Origin: an uncultured virus (IMG/VR IMGVR_UViG_3300032897_000528)
Taxonomy: Duplodnaviria; Heunggongvirae; Uroviricota; Caudoviricetes
IMG/VR virus record: IMGVR_UViG_3300032897_000528
Length of the DNA stretch: 20,000 nucleotides
Reading direction: 5' to 3' (one strand)
In this document: positions 5,995-12,724 of the stretch, in pieces
Position numbering within the stretch: position 1 is the first letter of the stretch
Layout of the letters: each line of letters begins with the position of its first letter
Program-made: the position numbers and the translations under genes
The notes under the pieces: generated by a model
The model's input: the letters and a program-made list of their open reading frames with translations, nothing else
The model's database searches: none
Told to the model about the DNA's origin: nothing

Positions 5995-7064
5995 GTCTCA
6001 CCCTTCTCTCCCAGGTAGTGTGCCGGTCGCTTGCCGTCAGGGGTCCAGATGAAGCGCACCAGGAGCACGGTCGGCGGCAGACCCCGCTTCTCCATCAAGC
6101 TCTCGAGCATGGCCCGGAGGCCCACCTTGTAGTCGGTCAGGGCGTTCTGCACGGCGCCTCCACCCCAACCCTGAGTCGGGTACGTCCCGATCTGGAAGAG
6201 ACCTCGGTGCTTCTTGTAGAGATCTTCGATCTCTCCGACCTCAGCCTCGTTCTGCGGCCCAAACCGCACACCAAACGACACCCAGAAGGCTCCCCCCATG
6301 GGTGGTCTCGACGGGAAGTACTCGAAGTACCGGAACACATGGCTCAAGAACTCCACGATGAGAGTATGAGCGCCGGCCTCTCGCCAGATGTCAGGCAGAG
6401 ACTCGATCCGGAGCTCCCCGTCTACGGTCCCGTCAGCGTTGACGTACGTCTGCACACCCATCACGAGACCCGCACCCTCAGCAGCGATGCCGTCGAAGAG
6501 CGCCACGAGCCTCGTCTGCATCAAGATCTCCGCCTGCCTCGACCTCTCGGGCAGGAGGGGCAGCTCAGGCCTCCTGCGCTTGCGCTTGCGCTTCCCAGGC
6601 TTCTTAGCGACTGGCTTCCTCGCGACTGGCTTCCTCGCGGCAGGCTTCCTCGCGGCAGGCTTCCTCGCGGCAGGCTTCCTCGCGGCAGGCTTCCTCGTGG
6701 CAGGCTTCTTCGCGGCAGGCTTCTTCGCGGCAGGCTTCCTCGCGACGGGCTTCCTCGCGGCAGGCTTCCTCGAGACGGGCTTCCTCGCGACGGGCTTCCT
6801 CGCGGCAGGCTTCCTCGAGACGGGCTTCCTCGCGACGGGCTTCCTGGCAGCAGTCTTCTTTGCCTCTGGCTTCCTCGAGACGGACTTCTTGGCGGCAAAC
6901 TTCTTCGCAGCAGGCTTCTTGGCTGCTGACTTCCTCGCGGCGGGCTTCTTCGCTGCAGTCTTCTCAGCCTCTGACTTCCTCGCCACGGTCTCTATCTCAG
7001 CCAGCTTCTTGGCGAAGCGACCGAGCTCGTCGCGAGGCTGCCGCCTTCGTCCCCTGCTAGCCAC
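5991..7064 (-). CDS. Histone H1/Hc2/AlgP-like Lys/Arg/Ala/Pro repeat protein fused to an unknown ~190-aa C-terminal domain
   Basis: N-terminal RDELGRF motif, 25 K-x-x-x-K/R pentapeptides, KRKRKRRR, then a globular domain. The GTG at 7064 after GAGGA overlaps the end of the ATPase gene (the track start is TTG 7091). Confidence 0.8.
   Translation of the reverse strand: MASRGRRRQPRDELGRFAKKLAEIETVARKSEAEKTAAKKPAARKSAAKKPAAKKFAAKKSVSRKPEAKKTAARKPVARKPVSRKPAARKPVARKPVSRKPAARKPVARKPAAKKPAAKKPATRKPAARKPAARKPAARKPAARKPVARKPVAKKPGKRKRKRRRPELPLLPERSRQAEILMQTRLVALFDGIAAEGAGLVMGVQTYVNADGTVDGELRIESLPDIWREAGAHTLIVEFLSHVFRYFEYFPSRPPMGGAFWVSFGVRFGPQNEAEVGEIEDLYKKHRGLFQIGTYPTQGWGGGAVQNALTDYKVGLRAMLESLMEKRGLPPTVLLVRFIWTPDGKRPAHYLGEKGET
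6603..6977. repeat. Coding 15-bp tandem repeat (~25 units, consensus ggcttcctcgcggca) with a 45-bp higher-order unit
   Basis: Read directly from the sequence; encodes KPAAR/KPVAR/KPVSR/KPAAK, with KPVAR-KPVSR-KPAAR occurring twice in tandem. Confidence 0.95.
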
Positions 7065-8502
7065 TCTGGTCCTCGCTCGACTGGTCGGCAAGCGACTTCA
7101 ACAACAGCTCCCGCACGATGTCCCTCACAGGCGCCGGGATCTCAGACAAGATCGGATTGTCGCTCGCCCCCACGACCAATGTCTTGGATGAGTCGTACGT
7201 CGACTTGTGCCGAACCTTGAAGCGCCGGAACGCCGCGCGCTCACCACCTCTCAAGAAGTACGCCGTGCCCACTGGCAGCATGGGCAGCTGACTCAGGCAC
7301 GATACTCGCTGGCTCTCGCTGACCTTGTGGTCAAAGTGGGTGAGCCAATCTTCCACCGCTCGCAGATCTTGGGGCGCCGCCATCTGCAGGAGCCACAAGG
7401 CGTCCACCTGAGAGAGCACGTTCTTCGAGATCACGGCCGGGCGCAGGCTGATGAGCGTCACCCCGATGCCTCGCGACCTCCCCCGCATCACCATCCTCTC
7501 CACGTGACCGAGCGCCCTCTTCTGGTGCTTCGAGATCGCTCCCAGCCGCTGTGGAGCGAACTCGTCCGCCTCGTCTATCACGACGTGGATCGGGAAGTGC
7601 GGCAACCCTACGAGCCTCTCGCAGAAGGAGGCAACGACCTCGTGCTGCTCCGACGGAGCCAGCTCCGACAGGTCGACCACCACGGGCCTGGGCCTCACGG
7701 CGTTGACCACCTCCGCGATGCCAGCACCGCTGCCGGACGCGATCTTCTCGTGACCCCGCGGGCCTCCGAGCAAGATGGCCCCATAAGCTGATGGCTCGCC
7801 ACCTGCCGTCGAGAGCAGCCCCCACCAAACTCCTGTAGGGTCAAACACCACCACCGTCACCCCGTCGAGCCCCAAGAGCTCCTCCACGAGCACCATGCCG
7901 AGGTAGCTCTTGCCTGATCCCTTACGCGCCAAGATCGCCCCTGTCATGCTGGCGCTCCCGTCCGAGGGCAACATGAGCACCTCCGGAGGGTCTGAGAGCA
8001 CGAGCCCTCCGCCAGCCGACACCTCGCCGGCATCATCTCCCACATTGAAATCGAGCTCATCTTCCGAGATCTCGTCGTCTCTCGTCGCGACTGCTGGGAG
8101 CGCTCTCGACTCCACCGACTCGTCCAAATCCAGACCGTCGATCAGAGTGGCCAGATCTTGTCTTGCCTCGAGATCTCCGCGCCTCCTGAGCTTGAGATGC
8201 GACAGCGACCTCACGACGACGTACCCGGAGTCGAGCAGCTCGCCCAGCTCCGACACGAGCTCGACCGGACTGTCGACCTTTCGCCTCAGCTCCGACGCGT
8301 GGTGAAACTCACCGTCCCCGAGCACCTCGAGCAAGCGACTCTTCCTGGCAGACCCTCCGCGAGGGTACACGCCTGCCGTCCCTCCAGAATATATGCGAGC
8401 CGCGCTCCGCACGGCCTGCGGAGCCTGGGGCTCCTCGCGCTGTGGCGGCGCGAGGGGATAGCTCGACGGCGGCGGTATTCTTGGTCCTCGGCGCAGCAGC
8501 AC
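7057..8502 (-). CDS. HerA/FtsK-superfamily (DUF87/DUF853-like) P-loop ATPase with N-terminal winged-HTH
   Basis: Walker A ILARKGSGKSY, VVVFDPTG, Walker B HVVIDEADEFAP, arginine-finger region RGRSRGIG, ISLRPA. The N-terminal LLEVLGDGEFHHASEL resembles the BirA-type wHTH and is followed by an acidic linker. Confidence 0.85.
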   Translation of the reverse strand: MLLRRGPRIPPPSSYPLAPPQREEPQAPQAVRSAARIYSGGTAGVYPRGGSARKSRLLEVLGDGEFHHASELRRKVDSPVELVSELGELLDSGYVVVRSLSHLKLRRRGDLEARQDLATLIDGLDLDESVESRALPAVATRDDEISEDELDFNVGDDAGEVSAGGGLVLSDPPEVLMLPSDGSASMTGAILARKGSGKSYLGMVLVEELLGLDGVTVVVFDPTGVWWGLLSTAGGEPSAYGAILLGGPRGHEKIASGSGAGIAEVVNAVRPRPVVVDLSELAPSEQHEVVASFCERLVGLPHFPIHVVIDEADEFAPQRLGAISKHQKRALGHVERMVMRGRSRGIGVTLISLRPAVISKNVLSQVDALWLLQMAAPQDLRAVEDWLTHFDHKVSESQRVSCLSQLPMLPVGTAYFLRGGERAAFRRFKVRHKSTYDSSKTLVVGASDNPILSEIPAPVRDIVRELLLKSLADQSSEDQSG

Positions 8503-8511
8503 GAGTGACCC

Positions 8512-8871
8512 CTACTTCGCTGAGCCCTCTGCGCCATCGGCGCTCTCCGCGACTTCGTCTGCTCCTATCTTCTTGGGGCTGAGCGGCTCGTCGTGCGGCT
8601 TGCCCTCGTCGTCGAACCACAGGAGGCGGTGAGGGATCAGCCTGGCCATCGCGGTCAAGTCGACCATGAAGTCCGCCCTCCGAGTATCGCCCTGCTTGAG
8701 ATATGAGTTTATAGACTGCTCGAGCTGCTCGGTGTCGAACAAGAACTCCTCGCCGCTCGCGTCCGTGTACACATACACGTCCAGGTGGTCGCAGTACGCA
8801 ATCTTGGTTAACACCTTCGACCGCGCCGCTCCTGCCACTGCGTCCGTTGCTCGCTCGTCATCTGTAGACAT
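8512..8871 (-). CDS. Hypothetical protein
   Basis: ATG at 8871 after GGAGGA; coding-like composition; same strand as its neighbours. Confidence 0.7.
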   Translation of the reverse strand: MSTDDERATDAVAGAARSKVLTKIAYCDHLDVYVYTDASGEEFLFDTEQLEQSINSYLKQGDTRRADFMVDLTAMARLIPHRLLWFDDEGKPHDEPLSPKKIGADEVAESADGAEGSAK

Positions 8872-8917
8872 CAGTCGTCCTCCGCTGCGATTGTCAACCA
8901 AACAAAGATCGAGGTCG

Positions 8918-8970
8918 GGGCAAGGAGACAGTGCTCTCCTACCATCAAAAAATCGACCGTCTCCCCGCCC
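8918..8970 (-). terminator. 14-bp RNA hairpin (3 G-U pairs) followed by a U-rich run; candidate terminator/attenuator
   Basis: Minus-strand GGGCGGGGAGACGG pairs with CUGUCUCCUUGCCC, followed shortly by AUCUUUGUUUGGUUG. Confidence 0.45.
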
Positions 8971-8988
8971 TCCTCGTATAGTATCCGA

Positions 8989-9246
8989 CTACTGAGAGGA
9001 AGCCGCCTCGGGCAGAGCTCTCCTCACGCGGGGCCTGCGCCCCTTCTGCTGGTCTACGCCGCCTGAGCTGTCAGCGTCAGATGCCGCCGCCTCGAGGAGC
9101 ATGAGCGAGAGCTTCCTCACCTGCCTCGCCACCTTGTTCCGCCAGACGCTCGAACGGCGCGTGTCCTTGAGGACAGCGTCCCAGAGCCTCAGCAGATACG
9201 AGGCATCGCTCCGGTAGCTCGGTCGCATCTTTACAGGTCGGGACAT
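8989..9246 (-). CDS. Small basic hypothetical protein
   Basis: ATG 9 nt after the SSB stop; amphipathic helical pattern. Confidence 0.65.
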   Translation of the reverse strand: MSRPVKMRPSYRSDASYLLRLWDAVLKDTRRSSVWRNKVARQVRKLSLMLLEAAASDADSSGGVDQQKGRRPRVRRALPEAASSQ

Positions 9247-9255
9247 GACCTTGGC

Positions 9256-9783
9256 CTACGAGGCAGATGCTGCCTCGTCGCCCTCCGCCGAGCCATCGAA
9301 GTCAGCCGCATCGTCGTCGGCGACGGGCGCCTTGACCATCGCATGACGAGTGTCGAACGCGTGCATCGTCCTGCCTCCCGAGAGCTTGATCTTCTCGCGA
9401 GTGATCTGACCCCAGACCTCGTAGATGGCCCCTTGCTTGATGTCGGAGACGAGCGCCTCCCACCCCTTCGTCTTGGGCCCGTAGTTGACGTTGATGATCT
9501 CGCCGGGCTTCGCCTCGACCATCTTCGCGTCCTCGCCCCGGTCGACCCGGACCTGGCAGGACTGCTTGATCTCGACCTGGAAGAACTTCGCCGTGCCGTC
9601 AGCCCGCAGCTTCGACGGCGCCTCGAAGACGCCGATCAAGGTGCCGAAGAGCGTGTTGCCGATGAGCGAGTGGTCGAACCAGCCGGTCGCTATCGCGCTG
9701 CCCGACCGCTGGAAGCCTTCGGGCGGGGCAGCCATGGGACCTGTCGACTGTGACACCGCGGACGTTTCTCGATTTCGCGCCAT
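9256..9783 (-). CDS. Putative single-stranded DNA-binding protein (OB-fold-like with acidic tail)
   Basis: Beta-rich core with aromatic residues, acidic C-terminal tail DDDAADFDGSAEGDEAASAS, strong AGGAG SD, and first gene of the replication arm. Confidence 0.6.
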   Translation of the reverse strand: MARNRETSAVSQSTGPMAAPPEGFQRSGSAIATGWFDHSLIGNTLFGTLIGVFEAPSKLRADGTAKFFQVEIKQSCQVRVDRGEDAKMVEAKPGEIINVNYGPKTKGWEALVSDIKQGAIYEVWGQITREKIKLSGGRTMHAFDTRHAMVKAPVADDDAADFDGSAEGDEAASAS

Positions 9784-9861
9784 TGTGATCTCCTGTCATG
9801 GTGTGGGTTTCGCCGCCGACGAGGATCGATCCTTCGAATCCTCCAGAAAGACGACCGCGCG

Positions 9862-9898
9862 AAGCTACTCCCGCAATAATTCGAACACAACAAAAAAA
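9862..9898 (-). promoter_or_regulatory. Candidate sigma70-type leftward promoter (TTGTGT-17-TAGCTT) with upstream T-tract
   Basis: Plus-strand aagcta 9862-9867 and acacaa 9885-9890, with a 17-nt spacer and an A-tract at 9892-9898. Confidence 0.45.
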
Positions 9899-9943
9899 TA
9901 TAGCCGTACCACATTTCCGAATTATGAGTCCCTCAAACAATCG

Positions 9944-9952
9944 TGCTAGCAT
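9944..9952 (+). promoter_or_regulatory. Candidate extended -10 promoter (TG-C-TAGCAT) for the right arm
   Basis: The motif lies 7 nt upstream of ATG 9960, which has no SD. Confidence 0.45.
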
Positions 9953-9959
9953 GCCCGGC

Positions 9960-10166
9960 ATGGCCCAGAGAGGACGCGACACTCGTCACCCGATCGCTCG
10001 CACGTACATCAACAAGACCACGTCTCCGTCGGGGAAGACCAAAATCCACGCCCGCGTCTACTCCCCCTCCTATGACGTCGACCTCCGAGGGACAGGCTCC
10101 ACCGTCGACGATGCCGTAGGCAGAGTCCTCGACAAGCTCAGGCCCAAGCGAACGAAGAAGAGGTAG
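9960..10166 (+). CDS. Small basic hypothetical protein
   Basis: In frame within track ORF 9798..10166; MAQRGRDTRHPIARTYINK...; first gene of the right arm. Confidence 0.65.
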   Translation: MAQRGRDTRHPIARTYINKTTSPSGKTKIHARVYSPSYDVDLRGTGSTVDDAVGRVLDKLRPKRTKKR

Positions 10167-10171
10167 CTCCT

Positions 10172-10405
10172 GTGAATAACTGCCGCCACGTCGACCACCT
10201 GCCCAACGTGTTCCCTGGCTGGGCCTGTTGTAAGTGTCGAACTTACAATGACTACCAGAGGCCGCGCTGCCGCAGCTGCGGTCACGATCACTGCTACGCC
10301 GTCGACCAATACCACTCTCTCCTGCCCGTCGCCGACAGCGACGACCTCTACGACCCGATCATTCGAACCATGGTGAGACGATCACCGTCGCAGAAGCCAT
10401 CATGA
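10172..10405 (+). CDS. RanBP2/NZF-type zinc finger protein
   Basis: WACCKCRTYNDYQRPRCRSC fits W-x-C-x2-C-x3-N-x6-C-x2-C exactly; GAGGT SD; stop overlaps the next start (ATGA). Confidence 0.7.
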   Translation: MNNCRHVDHLPNVFPGWACCKCRTYNDYQRPRCRSCGHDHCYAVDQYHSLLPVADSDDLYDPIIRTMVRRSPSQKPS

Positions 10406-10692
10406 ACAATGACAGCAGCCCCTGCTGCGCATTCTGCGATCAGAACGACTTGAACAAGCCGTTGCCTTCTTGCGCGATCGAGTTCGTCCAGCGAAAGTGC
10501 TGCAACTTCTGCGAGCAATACCACCTGATATTGGTGCTGCCACCCACTGACCTCACAGACGAAGACTTAGAAGATCCCCATTATTTCGGAGATTTAGACT
10601 TAGTCAACATGAGCGACAAGGACCGAGATGCTCTACTTAAAGAAGCTGACGACAGACTGGCCGAGATAGAGAGGAGAAAAAGAACATGGTAA
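10402..10692 (+). CDS. Hypothetical Cys-rich protein with acidic/helical C-terminus
   Basis: CAFC and CNFC pairs; ATGA coupling to the upstream gene; lower GC. Confidence 0.6.
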   Translation: MNNDSSPCCAFCDQNDLNKPLPSCAIEFVQRKCCNFCEQYHLILVLPPTDLTDEDLEDPHYFGDLDLVNMSDKDRDALLKEADDRLAEIERRKRTW

Positions 10693-10699
10693 AAAAACC

Positions 10700-12724
10700 T
10701 TGAAGATCACGTTCTGGAAGGGAGTGTTCGTCGCCGACCACCAGCCCGGCGACGAGAAAGTCCTCAAGAAGGTCGGCTTCGTCGAGCACGAGCCCTCGCT
10801 GTGCGAGCCCTCTCGGTGCCGGGCCTGCCGAGCCAAGATAGGGCGCCGCTACTACTCGTCCAAGATCGAGCACGCGTCTCGACTCAAGCGCTACTGCACC
10901 GATCGCGCCCTCGAGGTGATGCGCGACCACCTGGCGAAGCTCGCCTCCTCGAGAGCGACCACCACGACGCTCTCCATACCAGCACCCCCCGGCGAGATGT
11001 ACCGACCCTTCCAGGCCGCCGGGATCGCCTACGCCGTCCAGCACAAAGACACCCTCATAGGCGACGACATGGGACTCGGCAAGACCGTCCAGGCCCTCGG
11101 GTTCGCCAACTACTCCCGGCCAGTGACCATCTTGGTGGTCGCCCCAGCTACCCTCGCCCTCAACTGGAAGCTCGAGGCCGAGAAGTGGCTCTGCCGCCGG
11201 CACGAGATAGTCATCCCGCAGAAGACCACCGACGTCCTGCCCCCGCCAGGCGAGAGACCTCTGCTCGTAATCACGAACTACGAGAAGATCTACGGGGTGA
11301 GCCGCGCGGTGACCACCTGCCCCTACTGCAGGTCCATCAATACGAGACCAAATCCCACTTGGACGTGCCTAGCCTGCTCTAGAACTTTCGCCGTCACCTG
11401 CCCGAGCTGCCAGTCTCCCTTGTCGATCTCCTCGCCAGCCAAGCTCCCAGCTACGACAAGCGAGCACGCGTGCCCGAGCTGCGGGCTCACGTTCGCCCCC
11501 ACCTGCCCTCACTGCCACTCACCAAACAAAATCTCGTCATCTCCACAAATATCCGGGCACACCTGCAGAGACTGCGAGCGCACCTTCACGAGCGACAAGC
11601 TGACCAAGGTGCTGTTCGACACCCCTCTGTCGAGGAGCCTGCGCAGACCCTGGGACCTCGGCATCTTCGACGAGGCCCACGCCCTCAAGAACCACGAGTC
11701 CTACCGCTCGAGAGCCGTGCTCGGAGAAGGAGGCCTCTACGACTGCTCGAGGCGGGCCCTCTTCCTGTCGGGCACCCCCCTCGAGCAGAGACCGATCGAG
11801 ATCTGGCCGATCGCCTCTCGACTCTGCCCGGCCAAGTTCGGCGACTGGTGGGACTTCGCGAGGAGATACTGCGCCCTCCACCGAGAGACCAGGGGCCGCA
11901 AGACCGTCTGGGTCGCCGACGGATCGTCCAACCACGCCGAGCTCCAGCAGCGACTGCGCACCTCCTTCATGATCAGGAGGACAAAAAATGACGTCCTCAA
12001 AGATCTCCCTCCCAAGTGTCGCCAAATGTTGGTACTCGACGACAGCGACGTCGACTGGGGCAAGTTCCCGGACCTCGTCCACTGGAAAGAGCACCTGAGC
12101 CAAGATTTCGACGATGCCCTCGCCCGACTGCTGTCGGCGAAGACCATGGACGACTACCGCAGGGCCGCCCGCAGGCTCGACGAGGTATCCGTCCCCTTCA
12201 CGGAGACGAGCGTGGTCCGGCACCAGGTCGGCCTCGCTAAGATAGACGCCTGCCTGCGCCTCACAGACGAGATGCTGGCATCCGGGCTCGACAGCCTGGC
12301 GATCTTCGCGCACCACAAAGACGTACTCGAGAAGATACACGACCACTACGGTGACGACTCATGCGTAATATACGGCGACACCCCCATGGACCAGCGAATC
12401 CCAATCGTGAAGCTGTTCCAGGAGGGTCAAAAGAAGATCTTCATAGGCGGGCTCAAGGCGGCCGGCGTGGGGCTCACCCTCACGAGGACGTCAAACCTCG
12501 TGTTCTACGAGAGCGACTGGAACCCGGGCACGGTCAGGCAGGCAGAAGACAGGTGCTGCCGCATCGGCCAGAAGAGGATGGTCAACATCACCCACCCGGT
12601 ACTGGACAAGAGCCTCGACGCGAACATGGTGAAGATGATCTTGGCCAAGCAGAACGTGGTCGACAAGATCTTGGACAACCCCACCGAGATACAGCTCAGG
12701 AAGGTGGGCCTGGAGAGCTGCTGA
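10700..12724 (+). CDS. SNF2-family (SMARCAL1/HARP-like) helicase/translocase with internal triple zinc-ribbon insertion
   Basis: Q motif RPFQ, I DDMGLGKT, Ia VVAPA, TNYE, II DEAH, III LSGTP, IRRTK, IV IFAHH, V AAGVGLTLT, DWNPG, VI QAEDRCCRIGQ. Confidence 0.93.
   Translation: MKITFWKGVFVADHQPGDEKVLKKVGFVEHEPSLCEPSRCRACRAKIGRRYYSSKIEHASRLKRYCTDRALEVMRDHLAKLASSRATTTTLSIPAPPGEMYRPFQAAGIAYAVQHKDTLIGDDMGLGKTVQALGFANYSRPVTILVVAPATLALNWKLEAEKWLCRRHEIVIPQKTTDVLPPPGERPLLVITNYEKIYGVSRAVTTCPYCRSINTRPNPTWTCLACSRTFAVTCPSCQSPLSISSPAKLPATTSEHACPSCGLTFAPTCPHCHSPNKISSSPQISGHTCRDCERTFTSDKLTKVLFDTPLSRSLRRPWDLGIFDEAHALKNHESYRSRAVLGEGGLYDCSRRALFLSGTPLEQRPIEIWPIASRLCPAKFGDWWDFARRYCALHRETRGRKTVWVADGSSNHAELQQRLRTSFMIRRTKNDVLKDLPPKCRQMLVLDDSDVDWGKFPDLVHWKEHLSQDFDDALARLLSAKTMDDYRRAARRLDEVSVPFTETSVVRHQVGLAKIDACLRLTDEMLASGLDSLAIFAHHKDVLEKIHDHYGDDSCVIYGDTPMDQRIPIVKLFQEGQKKIFIGGLKAAGVGLTLTRTSNLVFYESDWNPGTVRQAEDRCCRIGQKRMVNITHPVLDKSLDANMVKMILAKQNVVDKILDNPTEIQLRKVGLESC

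Noticed and set aside
6570..6600. KRKRKRRR as a nuclear localisation signal implying a eukaryotic virus
   Set aside because: SD sequences, the sigma factor, ParB and operon structure indicate a bacterial host; a basic DNA-binding patch is sufficient explanation.
6603..6977. Tandem repeat as a CRISPR array or non-coding satellite
   Set aside because: The 15-bp units are contiguous without unique spacers and are in frame in a Lys/Arg-rich protein.
6018..7191. Plus-strand ORFs 6018..6929 and 6388..7191 (GFLAA repeats resembling a membrane protein) and alternative-frame 6521..6898
   Set aside because: These are antisense or shifted-frame shadows of the KPAAR repeat gene; all neighbouring genes are on the minus strand.
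7057..8502. HerA-based anti-phage defence system (Sir2-HerA, NurA-HerA) or conjugative VirB4/VirD4
   Set aside because: No recognisable nuclease, sirtuin or T4SS genes are adjacent.
11306..11610. Intein in the SNF2 helicase
   Set aside because: No C-terminal His-Asn followed by Cys/Ser/Thr and no LAGLIDADG or HINT motifs; the insert consists of CxxC repeats.
12361..12720. N-terminal 120 aa of the 472-aa ParB ORF in the track
   Set aside because: It overlaps helicase motifs V-VI in another frame and has shadow-like composition.
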